Source: a candidate division FCPU426 bacterium (lineage in GTDB: Bacteria; Oederibacteriota; JAAXVQ01; JAUVAV01). From it: DNA of 39,709 nt. Both the position numbers and the translations under genes were made by a program. The stretch covers positions 1 through 39,709 of the forward strand of contig DAOWGI010000097.1 of the NCBI GenBank assembly GCA_030637655.1, read 5' to 3'. The notes beneath the pieces are model-generated. The model made no database searches. It was not told the DNA's origin and saw only the letters and a list, made by a program, of their open reading frames with translations. This document shows positions 15,001-30,000 of this stretch, piece by piece (position 1 is the first letter of the stretch; every line of letters begins with the position of its first letter).

Positions 15001-18000
15001 CAAGGAATAAGCTATTCCCGGAATACGGATCTGGCCCATAGCTGAAAAGAAAACCATAGCTGCCAGAGCCGCGTAGATAAAAAGACGGCGAAAAGCTTTT
15101 TCCCGCCAGACAAGATCATCCATGGGTATCACTTCATTCATCTTTTTCAAACGTTTCTCAATCAAGGGATCCGTATGTTCCGAGCGAATCCGCTGTCTGG
15201 TCCGGGGGGAATAGAAAATACGGAACATGCCAAAGACCATCAGAATCAAAAGCCCTGAGGTGATGGCAAAAAAACCGGGCAAGAAAGTATTGGCTGTTAA
15301 AATAGACCCGACAAAGAACATACCGGTAACCACACTAACGATCACAGCTATCATGCGCCAGGGTGATTTTCCCAGCAGGCCGGTTTTGCCTGCGCTCCAC
15401 AGACTAAAAATAGTCGTCACCACAGCCACAATACCTGCTACTATATAATAATTAGCATAAGCAAATCCGCCATAAAGCCAGAATGTAAAAACTATTCCTA
15501 TGGCAATAAAGTAAAAAACCTTGCCAAAGAATTTCAACGTTCCCCAAAGCATTGCACCCGCAGCAGGTCCGGGCCGCATTTTCCGCAATTCCCTGATTGT
15601 TTTGCCTGTACGCCTGACACCTTCAACAATGCCTTTGACAAACTTTTCCGCCAGTATCAGGCCAACAAAGACCTGAATCACCGGTATGGACATGTGCCAA
15701 TTAAAAAGTATGGATAAAGCAATAACGGCAATAGTGCCGGTGGTTAAATAACGCCAGTTACCGCGCGCAAATTTTTCCAACCCAATATAATTAAAAAACT
15801 TAACCAGCTTCCAGGCCAGATATATAATAGCCACAGAATATAGCCAGTGCATGGGACTTATGTCTAAGAACTGGATAAGATTTTGAACAGTCTCTATAAA
15901 GACATGATAAATATCAATACTAATATTTTGCAGCCATATAAAAAACGGATCCAGATGAAAAAATTTAATTACCGGCCAAATATAAACATCCCAGACATTT
16001 TCTTTAAAGAGAACGCTCGCAGGTTTCGGAAGCATAAGTATTACCGCGCGTAGGAGGAACACAATATTATCTTTAGCCAGCAGCACCGGTATTTTTAAAC
16101 GGCCGGTCATCTTCTGAACTATATTCTGGTTGCCCCAGTAGGAAATAAATACACCTACTAAAGTTGTTTCCAGCATGCGTAATAGCGCATAGTACCCAGG
16201 CTCGACCAAAATGGGACCTAAGAATACTGCTACCATGAAAAGAACAGCAACCTGGTAGAGCAAGGTAGGCACCAGACCATAACTCATCTGGGCCAGAGTC
16301 TTCATAGTATTGTAGCGGAAGCTTTTCTCGGTGAAGAACTCAATAAAATAGGTAGTAGCGTAGTTAATCATAAGCATCAGACTCACTACCAGCAAAGTCT
16401 GTGAAAGATCGTAACTCACGGCGACTTTCATAGTATTAGTGATAAGCTGCGCAGAGATATCCGATGTGCCGGTAGCAAACGCTATTATAGCCATATTAAA
16501 AAAAACAGCTCCCATAATAGGGGCTTTGAAACGAATAATAAGGTCAGCTATAAATTTCAAACGAACAACCAACCAATCCTGGGCTGTAATAACAACCGGA
16601 CGGATATGCTTGTTCCATACCTTGTCCAGGACCCGGAAGAATGGGACTAATTTCTCTTCCCAGAATTTTTTTAAAATTCGCTTCATATTGCGCCAGACAA
16701 ACTTCGCAAACCGGATAATAATTTCGTCTTTAATAAAATTGGCAATATCCTTGATAATCTGGGTCACATTGCCCACGATTTCCAATCTAAAAAATCTTAT
16801 GATCCCATCCATAGCCAAGCTGACACCGGTTATAAAGATGGAGACCATAGGTACGGCTACTTTATCTTTGAGCCAGATCACTGCATCTTTAATCTTAGGC
16901 AGCACAATCTGCAAAAACGATTTTATGAATGTATCATAAATTTTTACAGAAATAGTCACAGGCAACAGAAGCAGAATTTGCTTAAAATAATGCCCTATAA
17001 AACGCGAGGTCTGGCGCACAAAACCATGGGGATGGAGTCCTATGTCTATCAGTACACGGCCAATGGGATTGACATACCACATATATTGTCCCCAACGTTG
17101 GTACCAAGGTAATTTATTATGCAAAACCTCCATAATCTGCAGCACATAATTACGCATAACCCTGGCAGGCTCATACTGGGTCTGAATCTGACGGTTTAAA
17201 AGAGCTGCCTCGGTCATGGCTTTCTTACCTTGTGGTGTCTCAAAGAATCTAAAGAAATCCACCAGATCGCGGTTTAAGCGAAAAATAGTTTCCGGAATAA
17301 TTACATCCCCGGTTTGAAAACCGGCTTTTTCAAAAGCACGAGCTTTACGCTGCTCTTTGGTGGCATTCAGACTTAATTGACGTCCTGCCCACCCCGACAG
17401 CATAAGCAAACCAAAAACCCCCATAATAACCGGCACCACTGCCCAACTGCTGATTATAATTAAAGTAATCCCTGTTGCCAGGGAACCTAAACCTAAGCAG
17501 AGCAAGCTAATACCCGGATTTCTTTCACTCAAAAACGCCAAAATGATGATTCCCAATACCATGCCCAGCAGAGGAAACACTACTGCACTGGAAGTTATAA
17601 GAAAAACAACACCAACAATCATTAATCCTGAACCCAGGATGCCTCTAAAAAAAGCACCCTTGAAATTTAAAGGTTCCTGCTTCTCTATTTCAGTTGATTC
17701 TGCTTCTGTATCTGCTTCAGCCTCAATTGTGTCAATTGCCGCCTGGGTGCCGGCATCTGAGAAGCTTGCCTTTTTTTGTTGGCCCGCCATTCTGTCCTCT
17801 GTTTCATCCAAACTGGTTATCAAATCAGACATCATGGCCTTACGGCTGGCATCTGAAGTAATAGCTTCAATCAGCAGTATCATGTCGTTCGTCAATTTCC
17901 GGGCTTTTTCATCTTCATTGTCTGTATCTTTGACATCATTGCCCAGCAGGGTAATCCCTGGTTCCCCTAATTCCTGGTTAATCCGGATGGTTATACCTTT

Positions 18001-21000
18001 AATTTTAAGCCGGCCGGCCGGAGTTTTAGCTAAGGAGCGGATGTGGTTGGCCATCAAATCCAGATCAATCCGCGTATCCTCATCATCCTTGGGCAAGTCC
18101 GCAAAAAATGCTTTGTCCACAAAAAACTGGTTCTTGAAAAGCCTGAATACCTGTTCCGGTGTAATTTTAACAGTGCCTTTTTCAAAGAATGTCCGGTTAA
18201 GCTGACGCGCAAAAAGTTTCATGGCATTGTTACGCATCTGCACAACTTCTTCACGCTTGACAGTTGCATAACCGCCCAAGAAGAAAAACCGCATGCCTTC
18301 AGCCAAATGTACACGATAAATATCCGGCACTGAGAGCAGGGCAATGGCTAATACTTCAGGAAAATTGGCCAATGGGCCGGGACGGCCGGTACCAAAAGTA
18401 TGGGACATCAGGTGAATACCGGCCTTGTAATACCGCGCGACATCCTCATCCTCCACAAAACCGGTATACAAAATATTGCTCCCCACCAAGCCCATAACAT
18501 AGCGGGCCACTGCCTCACCGGCAAATTTGTCACCAGCAAGTGCCGGGTTGGGATGAGGACCGCCGGTGAAATGAATATTTATAAGATGTTTTTCAATCTC
18601 TGCATCCAACAATTCCTGTATGTCTTCACTAAGGGCTTGCTGTATGACTGCCTTCTCTTCTGAAACATTTTGCGGTAATCGTTTTTGCTCCTCCAAAAAA
18701 ATTGTGACTTGTTTTTGAATTTCCTCTTTAACCTGATCCTCAGCCAGGGCTTCATCCGCGGACAAAGACTTGCTGTTCTTCAACCGCAAACGTATTGCTG
18801 CCTGATATTGATAATAACTCAGCTTACGCTTTTGTCGTTGCGGATCCCCCGGAAATTCAGCAACTACTTTGAGACGCGCATTCTTTTTAATGGTCAGCTG
18901 CGTTTTTTTGCGCTGGTTCTCCTGAATTTCCATTACCGCCTGATAATAAATATCCGTGAATTTATAGGAACCCAGTTTGCCGAATGTAAAAGCGTACATT
19001 TCATTAAGCGACAAGCGCGTATAATCAATCGCCGGTCCAACCTCGGCTTTATTCAACAATTGATGCGGAACAACACCAGTACGATTTATTAAATTCGGAT
19101 ACCAGGGATTGTACTGGCTGATAGCCCTGGCATATTCAGGCTGCAGAAACATGATCTTATTGAGATAGCCGCCATAAATCATCTGGGACAGCCCCCAAGT
19201 GCCGACCTCTTCCAAGGGTCCTACCTGTTCCTGAGTGGCTTTTAAGTCAACCCGTTCAGCAACGTGGTGATAAACTGCTACTTGAGGTTTAAGGAATGAA
19301 TTTATAGACCGGGAAATATGCGCGACCACAGCGCCTAGTTTATTCTTATCACCCTGTGAGGTAAGAAGCATGTTGATAAACTCAATCACCGAATTGCTCC
19401 GATAGCTCTCACTCAGATTGCGGGGCAGGTTGTACAGAAAATCAATATTCGTGCCTTCGTCATGATAGGTCTGTATTAGCTTTAAGTTGTTATGTTTCAA
19501 GGCCGGCGAGAATACAACGCCGTTATCATCAACGCGTTCAGGCAATAAGCTATGCAGAGGAATCTCTTTTTTATAGCGCAATGGTCCCGGAGGGCTATTG
19601 ACCATCATCACAAACTCCACCTCCGGACCGGCGGCATTGGCCAACTCGATGATGGTTTGCTGCATAAATTCGGATACACCGCCGCTTTTGCCCAAACGTC
19701 CCATTTCACCTTTTAAATTGATAAGTTTATTGGGAATAGGCTTTTGGGTATTCTTATCCTTAGCCTGAAGTTCCGGGATGATGTCCATTTCATCATTGGC
19801 GACCTGGGACAAGGTGGTTAAAACACCTGTCCCAATAGCAGGCAAATCAGTTTTGATCTTCAAATTGCCCGCAATAATTTCTCCGATCCTCTGCCCCATG
19901 GTAGCAAGCTCCAGGGCATGAGGATGTATGCGCCCACGCTGGCCGACAGATTGACAGACATCTCTTAAATAGGTCATAGCCTGGAGTTTTTTGGATGGGT
20001 CAGCCAGAGTTTTTAAATTATCCAGTAAGCCTTGATCCGCCAAAACATTGTACAATTGCCTAAGTTTGGGGTCTGCAATAACTAAAGGACGTTTGACCTC
20101 ACTGCCAAAAGATGCAATAATCAACTGGCGCAGGTTCTCTATATCTTTTGCTATTTGAGCCAACTGGGTTGACAGATGGAGTTCTACATATTTATTGAGT
20201 TGCTTAAGTCCGGTTATTGCTGTGGCAGCATCCGCATTAAGCGTTTTTTGAGCATCCGCAATGCGCACGAGATCTTCAATACTCTCCGGATCCTGTAAAT
20301 TCCTATCACTCAATTGCTGCCAGAGATTTGCCAGCCGTTGGGTTTCATCCGCAGCTACTGCTTTGCCCTTACGGAGCAGTTTGAGCATTTCATGGAGTTT
20401 TTCCATTTCAAAAGGCTGTAAATCCTTGGGCACAAGCTCGCCGTCACGTCCAGCTGAAGTAATGTTGCTTACTACCGCGCGCAAGTCCATGTCTTCAGCA
20501 CGGAAACCACTGCCTAAAGCTTCAATCGGCATTTTTGCTGTGCGTTCTCTGGCACTGCTTTGCAATCGGCGCAGCTCAGCGGCGGTTTCATCAGCGCGAA
20601 TGTCGCCCAGCCATCGCTGAATCTCATAAAGCAGTTTGATATCCTCAATAGGATCTGAAACCGTTTTTTGATCTTTAGCTTCAGCCGCTGCTTTAGCCAG
20701 GCCATCCAGGAAATCCGCTTTACGCTTTGCCTGCTTGGGCAAAATTCGTCTGTCTACAACCAGATTATTGAGCAAAGGATGTAATTCCGGCGGCATGCCA
20801 TAAGCGCCTATGCGCTTGAATATGGTATCAAGAGTTCCCACTGCACCGGCTATTTCATTGCGGCGGTAGATACCCATCCAGTCACTTAAAGTTGTTGAGA
20901 CCGATATAATTAATTTTTCTCCCGGTTTTATTCCCTGCTGTTGGCGGGCAATGTCAATCGCCTTTTTTACCTCCTCTTCCGAGACCTGCTGCGATAAAGC

Positions 21001-24000
21001 ACTGCGATCTTGTATCATATATCCCATCTTACTCCAGATCGTATTCAGGTCTTTATCTATTTGGCGGACCGAACCATAGAAACCGCGGCGCTGCGTAGCA
21101 GCGACGCGTGTATCTTCAGCTCTGAATTCATGTTCATCGCCAATGACTGATCTATCAGTTGTGTATTTAAGTTCACCGCGTTTATCTGCCAGCCCGGCTT
21201 CGCGATTAAAATCAACCAACCATATAACCCCAATAGCAATAACAAAAATAACAACTGCCTGGGTAAAAAAGATAAAGGCCGGCACAATAGCAAACATTAT
21301 ACCCAACACAGAAAAACGCGCGCCGCGCACAGCGCCTGGTATAAAACTATCAATCAGGATCGTCGAGAAGCCTAAAGCAAATAATACTCCCATAGCCAAA
21401 AGAAAAGGCGAACCTGAAGCAATCATTAAAACAACTATCCAGATGCCGGCCGCAGCCATGACAACCGCCCCAAGAAAGTAAAGCCCTTGGCTTAAAAGCG
21501 GCAAGTTGGAGAATGTTTTTTGACCCATATACCGGTCGGCATTACCCCGGCTCTTCCGGGCTTTTTCAATGATATTGACATAATTATTTAAATTAGTATT
21601 ATACTCCGAATCAAAGTGCTTGTCCTGGTAGCGGGCTTTAAGACGCTCTGTTTTCTTCTGTGCCTCGGTCAGCTGAGTTTGTATTTCTTCCAAGGCTTTT
21701 TGGCAAGTCGTATTCTCCGGTTCTTGGTTCAGTTTTGATTGCGCAGCAGAGAGCTCTTGTTGCAGATCCCTAACCTCAGCTTCAGCTGTTTCCACTTGCT
21801 TATCCAGAAACTCACGGAATTCCTGCACATCCATTTCCAGGACCGTTTTTCCCTTAACATCCTGATTGAGATATTTCATAAAGTCGGCAATCTTAATAAC
21901 ATTACGCTTATCATAAACATCATGCTGAAAATCAAAAAGTATATTTTTAAAACGTTGATAAAAAGAGGTTTGCGGTGCCGCCTGCGCGTCAGTTTTATAA
22001 TAATCAGTAATCATTATATCGCCGTCAGCATTAATTAATACCTGATTCAAATCGCCGGTATAAACTACTCCGTTGGTTTCGAAAATATTGACAGCTTTCT
22101 GGAATTTTTGCGCCAGTTCAGTAATGCGTGCCAAATGCGCCAGCTTCATTTTCTCCCGTTCATGGTAAAACTTCCCCAATTCATCATACAAGGGTGTCAA
22201 TTCCGCATCCAGCGCAACAACTAATTCCCGGGCTGTTTTATACTCGCTTAATTTACCCGCAGTCTCGTTGACCTTGTTTGTAATTTTTCGCACCTGTGTT
22301 TGAAATTTCACGAGTTGTTGTCGGACCTCAGCCCGGCGTGAACGCAAACTCTGTAAACGAATCTTTTCCTTTTTTAAAAGCACTGCTTTCCCGGCAAGTT
22401 TAGCAATTTCCGCTTCAATACGCGTAAGCCGGTCCTGAGATCCTTTCAGCATCCACTCATAATGCTGAAGTAGTTTCATATCCGGTTCCAGCTGGTCAAG
22501 CGTGCTAATAAGTTCAGCTTGCTTCGCTTCAGCTTGGCTGATTTCCTGCTCGTTAGCTTGCAAAGCTTCCACTTTTTCCTTCAGATACTCTTGGGCTGTC
22601 TGCCCCAAGGGCTCTGCCGTTACTATAAAGCTTTGATTTTTAATCTTCGGCATCCGCGCCTGTTCACCAACCTGATCAATCACGCGCACATCATTTGTCT
22701 GGAATTTGAATGCTGCCAATCCCGGCAACCCTTGGCGGTCAAAGCGGCGCTGCAATTTCTCAGCTTGTTTGGCCTGGGCTTCATCAGCAATAACAATACG
22801 GTGAATAGCGCCGGTAGCGAGTTCCACACCCAGAGCATATTTTTGTTCTTCGTTCACTTCTGTAATCACATAAGAATGATCACGGCCATCGTGCCCTTGC
22901 ATAACCAGAACCCGGGATTCCGCCTGGCAGATGGTAAGCAGGCTTGTTCTATCTTCCAGTTTGATCATCTCATAATCAGCCATGGATTCCGCTGCACTGA
23001 CATTCTTTACATAGTTATACTCTTCAAGCTCCAATCCAATGATCATTTCTTCAAACATGAAAGTTGCTTCAGCTTTGGCTGCGGTAAAGATATTCTGATA
23101 GAGTTGCCAGGCCGTATCATCCAGGGAAGCAGCATCAACAGCGCCCAGTCCTTCAATTGCAGTTTTTACTGCTTGGTAGCGTTGTTTAATTTTTTTCTGA
23201 ATTTCACCCTTAAAACTATGGATGTTCGAGAATGCCTGGTTGGGAAGCTCGTCAAAGCTTAGGTAACTGCGATCAAATTCAATAAGCAGACCAGTGGCAG
23301 CTCTAAGAATTTGGTCAATTTCTTCCCGATATCCCTGGATCGATCCTGTATTACTGATTAATTTAAGCAGATTTACCTGGTCTTCATTTAACCCCTCGGT
23401 TTGAAATTGGTAAAGCCATTCAGCGCTCTGGCGTATTGCTTGAAATGCTTTTTGGACTTGTTGATATTCGTCCCCATCCAGTCCATTAATATCTACTTTG
23501 GCAATAATCTCTAACTGCGCAATGATATTTTGGAAAGCTGAAACATTTTCTTCGATATTTTGTGCCTGGACTGATTTTATTGTTTGAGTTAATTCCCCCA
23601 GGCTGATTTGCTGTTTTCGCAGGCGTTCCCGCCATCCGGCTTCAAATCGTTCTTTGAATTCCCGGGGAGTTTGGGCGGCAGCCAGGTTTTGAGGTTGGAG
23701 ATACTTTTGATAAACCGGATTATTAAATATGGCTTGTTTGATCCGCTCAAGTACAGCAGCTTCATAACCGCTGGATTTTACCCAGGAGACTTCAGCAAAT
23801 TGCAGATCCAGAAGAATGCGGCTGATAACCGAGAGTTTGGTTTCTTTTTCGAGCAGACTCACCAAATTATCAATTTTTAAATCCCGGCTTATCTGATCTG
23901 CGCTGGGTGTGAGCAAAAGGGTCATCAAAATATTTTCGCGGTTGGTTTTATTGCTTTCCAAAACCGTATCCAGATAATCAATCACACTCGCATAAGTCGA

Positions 24001-27000
24001 CTGCGTATCAGCCTGGTACTCAGCACGTTTAGTTTCCGCTTCACGATTCGCAACGCGAATTCCCTCAGCTTCATCATTAAAAAATATGTACTTGAATATA
24101 CGAACAATGCCAATGCGTATGTTAGTGCTCAAAGCGCCGATACCATAAGCCTTCCCGGCTGCGGCAGGACTCAAAACAGCGGCTTTAATTAAAACCCCCA
24201 GTATCAAGGCCGGCACTGCCAGGGCCAGAAAAACTTTTACCAGCAATGGCTGCTTGACCAGGCCATAGCAGGGATTCACTTCCAGCGTGGCATTTTGCCA
24301 TATGCCGGGTATTTTCTCATTCGCATAACTCAGGAAACCATTTATATCGATGATGCTGTTGCGGTCAAAAACAGAGAGTCCGTGTGTCAAAAATTCACCG
24401 GCTCCCAGCATATTATATGGAGTGTTGCTGATATGCAGCCGGCCCACCATATCCCCAGCCTGGTCGAAAAACCGCTGCAGCTTGCCTGCCAGTTTTTTTC
24501 GAACATCCTTCACATCCTTACCGCTTTGTTTTGCCTGCTCCAGTTCTGCGAAATAAATTTCACTAATATGCCAGGGATCAAAAACTATTTTAACCGGAAT
24601 TTGTTTGCCTTTATTTTCTGTTTGCCAGCGGGCACGCAATAATTTCACCATTTCGATTTTTTCTTGCATAAGTTTTTCTGCGACGGCCACCTGGTTTGCG
24701 GCAATGACATAATCTTTATCACTCAAGCCGAGGCTCTGTGCTTCTTCCCGGGCAAAAACAGTCTCAAGGTTGATACAAATATTATTGCGGCTCGCCTGAC
24801 TGAGCAGAGCCATCTCAGCGGCACTACGGTCTGTGATTCCTTTCTCAGACATATAGAAAGAAATATATTTTTCCCATTCATAGGTATGAAACACCACATC
24901 TACGCGATCAGCATACTGCCTCTCCATAACCGGATGTATATCTGCCGTACGTTCTCTAAAGGGCACATGATATGCAGCTACATCCAGACTAAGCCATTTA
25001 GCAACTTGCAATTGATCCCCGGTAGCCATAAGCTCAACTTTTTTAGTGTTCATAAAGAACGCCATATAGAGTGCGTAAGGCGCCATAATCATAAAGGTTA
25101 CTGCTTTGGCCAAAATCCCTGAACCCAGGCGTTTTCCAATGAAGGGCAGGAAACGCGGAAAGCTCGCAACAGCTGTAGAGACCGCTGCTTGATTCAGAAA
25201 AGCTCTGGGTGTATAAATCTCCGGGGTTTCCGTAGCTTCTGTTTGCGCAGGAGTTTCCTTTGCTCTGTCACCGTATTTTAAACCCTGCATAAAAACCCGC
25301 GCTTTTTCAAAAAAAATGTCCGCTGTTTGTCTCTTAAAGAGTCTGGCATGCATGCCTTCCTGTTCCAGAGCCAGATAGCCGATTTTTTCACGGGTAAAAT
25401 TATTCACCCGAATTTCTGTTTGAGCGTCAAGTCGGGAAGCATCACCCCATCGGATATCCACAACTTCAAGACCTTTGGCTGCAAGTTGATCTCTAACCAT
25501 TTGCATAAAAACCATCTTGCCTGCACTATCCATGCCATTATCAAAGGTAATGCCAACCGCATTGATTAAGAATTCGGCTTCAGCCTGACTGAACATATGC
25601 TCAATCCGGCTAACCACAAAAGCAGCCTGCCGGTCTAATTGGGATTCCCGGCTTTCAGCGTAAGTTTGTACTTGCTGTGTGAAATCCACAGTACCATCCG
25701 CACCGTCCATAGCCACAGCGCCGGATTTGACACCGGTCCTGGTTATGCGGATAGCAGCAAGCCGGTTCTGTCCTGCTGCTGCTTGCTGCTGAATCTCCTC
25801 GAGAGAAAACAAGGCTGCAACTGAACCAATAAGCCCTGGTCCCAAGCTCTCTACACCTTTTAGCTCTATATTTTCATATCCCCGGTCATACATATACTCA
25901 TTGGCAGTTTTAAGAATTGCCATTCCCTGAGATGAAAGTTGTCCGTTTTCATTACGCAGAGCAGCATGATCCACCAGAAAAATTTCAGAATCCAACCAGC
26001 TATCCATATCCTGGCGCAAAGGCTGTTTTTGTCCCTGCAAACGGTAATACATTTGTATGAGCCAGTTGAAAAAGCCGCCTATTGGAACCACAATAAGAAT
26101 AACAGCTTGTTTGGCAATGGAAAGAACTCTTTGCCGTAAAGGTTGTTGTCTGCCTTTTGATCTTTCCAGTGTCATCAGCTTGACTAATCCCAGAAGCAGT
26201 CCGATAACCGGACCAAAAAGGATATTAATCCATCCCAGCTGGAAGAATGGACCCCAATTCACATCAAACATAGTTATCACAGGTCCGAATTTAAAAATCG
26301 GACCAATCTGCGCGAGCCCCTGAAACCACAATCCACCATTGAGCAACTGAAATACCCAGTCACCAAAATACAGACCGACAATGACCATGCCAATGGTACT
26401 GACTTTGCCGAGCATACCTTTATTCCACAGTAAATTTTTGGTAATCTTTCCGACAGTCACACTGGTGATATTAAGAAAAATTATCCATGCTAAGCCGGTC
26501 AACACCTGGGCCAAATTAAGCTCAATAATGGCTAAAATAATATGGAAAAAAGCTCCGTAAGTTATGGCAAAGGCAAAAACAGCAGCCAACAGAGCCATAA
26601 TCCATCCCCTGGTTTTGCTCCTGGTCACTCCATACGCTAAAAACCAGCCTACTGTGAGCGAAAATATGGCAATAATACTAAAAGTGATAATATGCACTCC
26701 AAAAACCAAGAAGCCTGCTCCAACCAGAATAGAGCCAATAAAGGCGATCGCTTGATTTTCTGCCAGACGCTGCATTTGCGACGGTTTGTAGACTCGGGAA
26801 TCTTTGCCTTTTATCATGGCAATCGCTGTTTTGGCCAAATTAACACCGGCTTTTTGGGTCTCAATATCATTCAGTTTTGTTTGGCGCCCCGTGTTTAATT
26901 TATTCAATAAAGCAGCAACCGTCTGTCTTGGTTTATCTGCATCCACTCCCTGCACATCTGCCAATGTAATTGCCGTGCCTTCGAAAAAACCCTCTGCCTG

Positions 27001-30000
27001 GTATTCTGCCGGACGAATCATGAGACCGCCGGCCTCAGGTGTATTAGCGACAACAAATTGCTGATCAACCAATTCACTGATCTGACCATATTGAGAATGA
27101 GCCATCACTGCGGCAACTACAGCCTTACGCACTTGATTAACTACATTTACTTGCTTCTGAGGCGTTTCCAGATAGGCAACAGCACTGATGGCAAAAATCA
27201 GCAGGCCTGGATTGGCAATTTCGGTAATGCGTTCTTCCAAAGCATGCAACTCTTGGGCCTCAATGCTATCCAAGCCGGCTAAACGTGCTATCTCATTCTC
27301 CAGGCTCATGAGCTGACCACGGTCATCACCCTGGATTTCATTGAGAAATTTTGCAGCCAAAGTCTTAACCTGATCGGAATTTCGAGCCTTTTCACTGTAA
27401 TCCAACTGTACCTGGAGGTTTGTTTGTTCAGCATAGTAGGCATCAATAACCGATTGGACAACCTCTTCAGAAAAACCTTGTTTGCCGCGGCGCTTGGCAT
27501 CTATATTTTGCAGGCGCATCAGAATAGCCTCAAGTCCTGTGTTGTCCGATAGGTTGAAGGTGTTGAGTTTACTAATTGCCCCAAAATCCTGTCCCAGGGT
27601 TATGAGAGCTTTTTTTAATTTGCGAACATCCGAATAGTCAAATTCAACCGCCATATCAATAACATTTTCAGCTTCATTAATACTCAAGCCGGTCTCTGCA
27701 ACTAAGAAATACAACACCTTAGTGCGATACACCATCTCCTGCACAATTCGCATGAATTCCGCAGGTACGTCCGCAGGCTGCCCGTCCAGCTTATTAATAA
27801 TAGCATCAGACATGGCATTAGTAATATTCCCGTCTCTACGCAAGGCTTGTAAAAAATCATCCCGAATATCGGAAAAATCAATTTTTTCTCTTCTTATATC
27901 AGCATTGACACTGCTCAAATCCACTGCAAAGGGATTCAGGGCTGCAGGAAAATATGCTTCCTGGAGCTTAAGTTTACGCTGAACATAGCGAACAGCTGCT
28001 GCTTGCTTAAAAATCGGACTCTTCCTATAGCCTAAAGCCAATCCGATCTTACCGACCAGGCCTTCAGGTACGCGGCCATCTTCACTTAAAAGAGCCCAGT
28101 ATTTTTTGGTCAAATCAGGAAATTTAAAGCTTAGGATCATGCCATCAACAATCATCATGAGTGTGGCAAATCTAAATTTAGCCGCACTATCCAGAAAAGA
28201 GTGCTCGTACTGGGAAATATCATGCCCTGTCATATGTAAAAGACGCTGCTCCACAGCTGCTAATAAGAACTCCGCTGAGTCGCGGCCTGCTGCTACTGTG
28301 CTTTCTTTAGCAGAATCAACCCAGGGAATTTCAATGCCCCGGACTTTATGACCGCTCAGGATAGTCAAGGTCTGCACTTCAGTCTCAAATTCCATGCGAA
28401 TACTTGAGGAAAGCTCTATGACCTTTTGCACCACTTCAGGTTTAAAACATTTGAAGCCGCATTGCGTATCCGGAATACTGCCAATAGACAGAATCATGCG
28501 AACCATAGTATTAAAAGCCGCACTCATCACTTTACGTGTGAAAGGTTTACCGTAAACCACGGATTCCCTACCCACGCGCGAGCCATAGGTTAAACCCAGC
28601 ATCTCTGTGCCGGAATCAAAATGAGGTTTGATTAAAGAACCTGTAAAAGACAGATTAACTGAGGTATCAAGATCCGTACTACAAACCAAGTCCACTCCTT
28701 GTTCAACCTGCCATTGCATGCTCTCTTTAACACCGCCGCCTTTCTTGCTCTCTTGTGCCTGCTTAGCAGTATATCCCCGCGAGCGCAGGCGGTCAGTGAA
28801 GTATTCCACATTGATTTGCTTTTTATATCGTTCTGCTTGGGTAGGATGTTCCAGCAAAATTTGTTTTTTTATATTATCCATCACACGTCCGGAACTGCAG
28901 GCATCATTGGTAAAGAGAATAGGCGGGCCTTCCTGGGCTGCACATTCTGCAGGATCCGTTAAAAATGGGGTGTCACCAGCTATGATAGTCAGGGTGATGC
29001 CATCTTTCGGAATACGTCTGATTTCATCAATATTTTTAGCCTTGGCATTCTCAGCATTTTGCAGATCAAACTCAGCCTCATCACGCAGTTCTTTCAGATT
29101 CATACTTGGTTGTAAAACTGCGCCAAAGTGCTTTTGCAGCAGAGAGCGGTTAAGGAGCAACAAATCTTTTGGCGTGAGTTTTCCGCCGAATTCAGTATTT
29201 TCCTTAGCACGGATTTGAATACTGCATATTGCCTGGCGCAGTTTTTCATCCTCAATATCTGCTGCTATATACAAATCCTCATTTACCAATACATAGTTCA
29301 GAGCTTCCAAAGCCTGTTCTTCGGTTAAGCCGGCTAGTTCGTCTGCTTTCATTCCCAATTTTTTCAATACTAAAGTATTGACCTTGTGTTTTTTTGCCAG
29401 AGCCTTAGATAATTTGTTCAGGTCTATATCGCCTTTTTTAAAGGTTTCAGTTTCAAAAGATTTACGTTTGGCGCCAAATATATAAGGGAACAGATAAATC
29501 AATAAACCTGAAACTCCAATGATAGTGAGCGTCATCGCATCCAAGTGCAGCAAAAAACCAAATATTTTCCCCATAATTCCAGCAATTCCGGTTGCGCTGA
29601 CAATCGCGGATAAACCCTTGATGCCGGACAAGACATCGGCAATACCGGAAAAAAGCAAGGTTATTCCTGTTATTTTAGCCAGAAAAAGTATAATGCCCGT
29701 GATAAACGTGATAATGGTCGAGATTACCGGCAGATCAGCAATTAAGATTAGTATGGACTTTATTATATCTAACCCGGTTATAATCCCGGTGGCAATAAAG
29801 CCGCTGATCTTGCTTGTAATCCATACTACGGGCTTTAAATTGGCTATTACCATGGCTATGCTGCCGGGAATTCCGGTAATACTCAAGATAAAGTCCACTC
29901 GTTTATTGACTTCTTTAAACTTTTTGTCTAAGCGATCAAATTCTATTTTAGCTTCCTGTACCCGCACATCAAATTGTTCATCTAATTTTTCACCAATATT

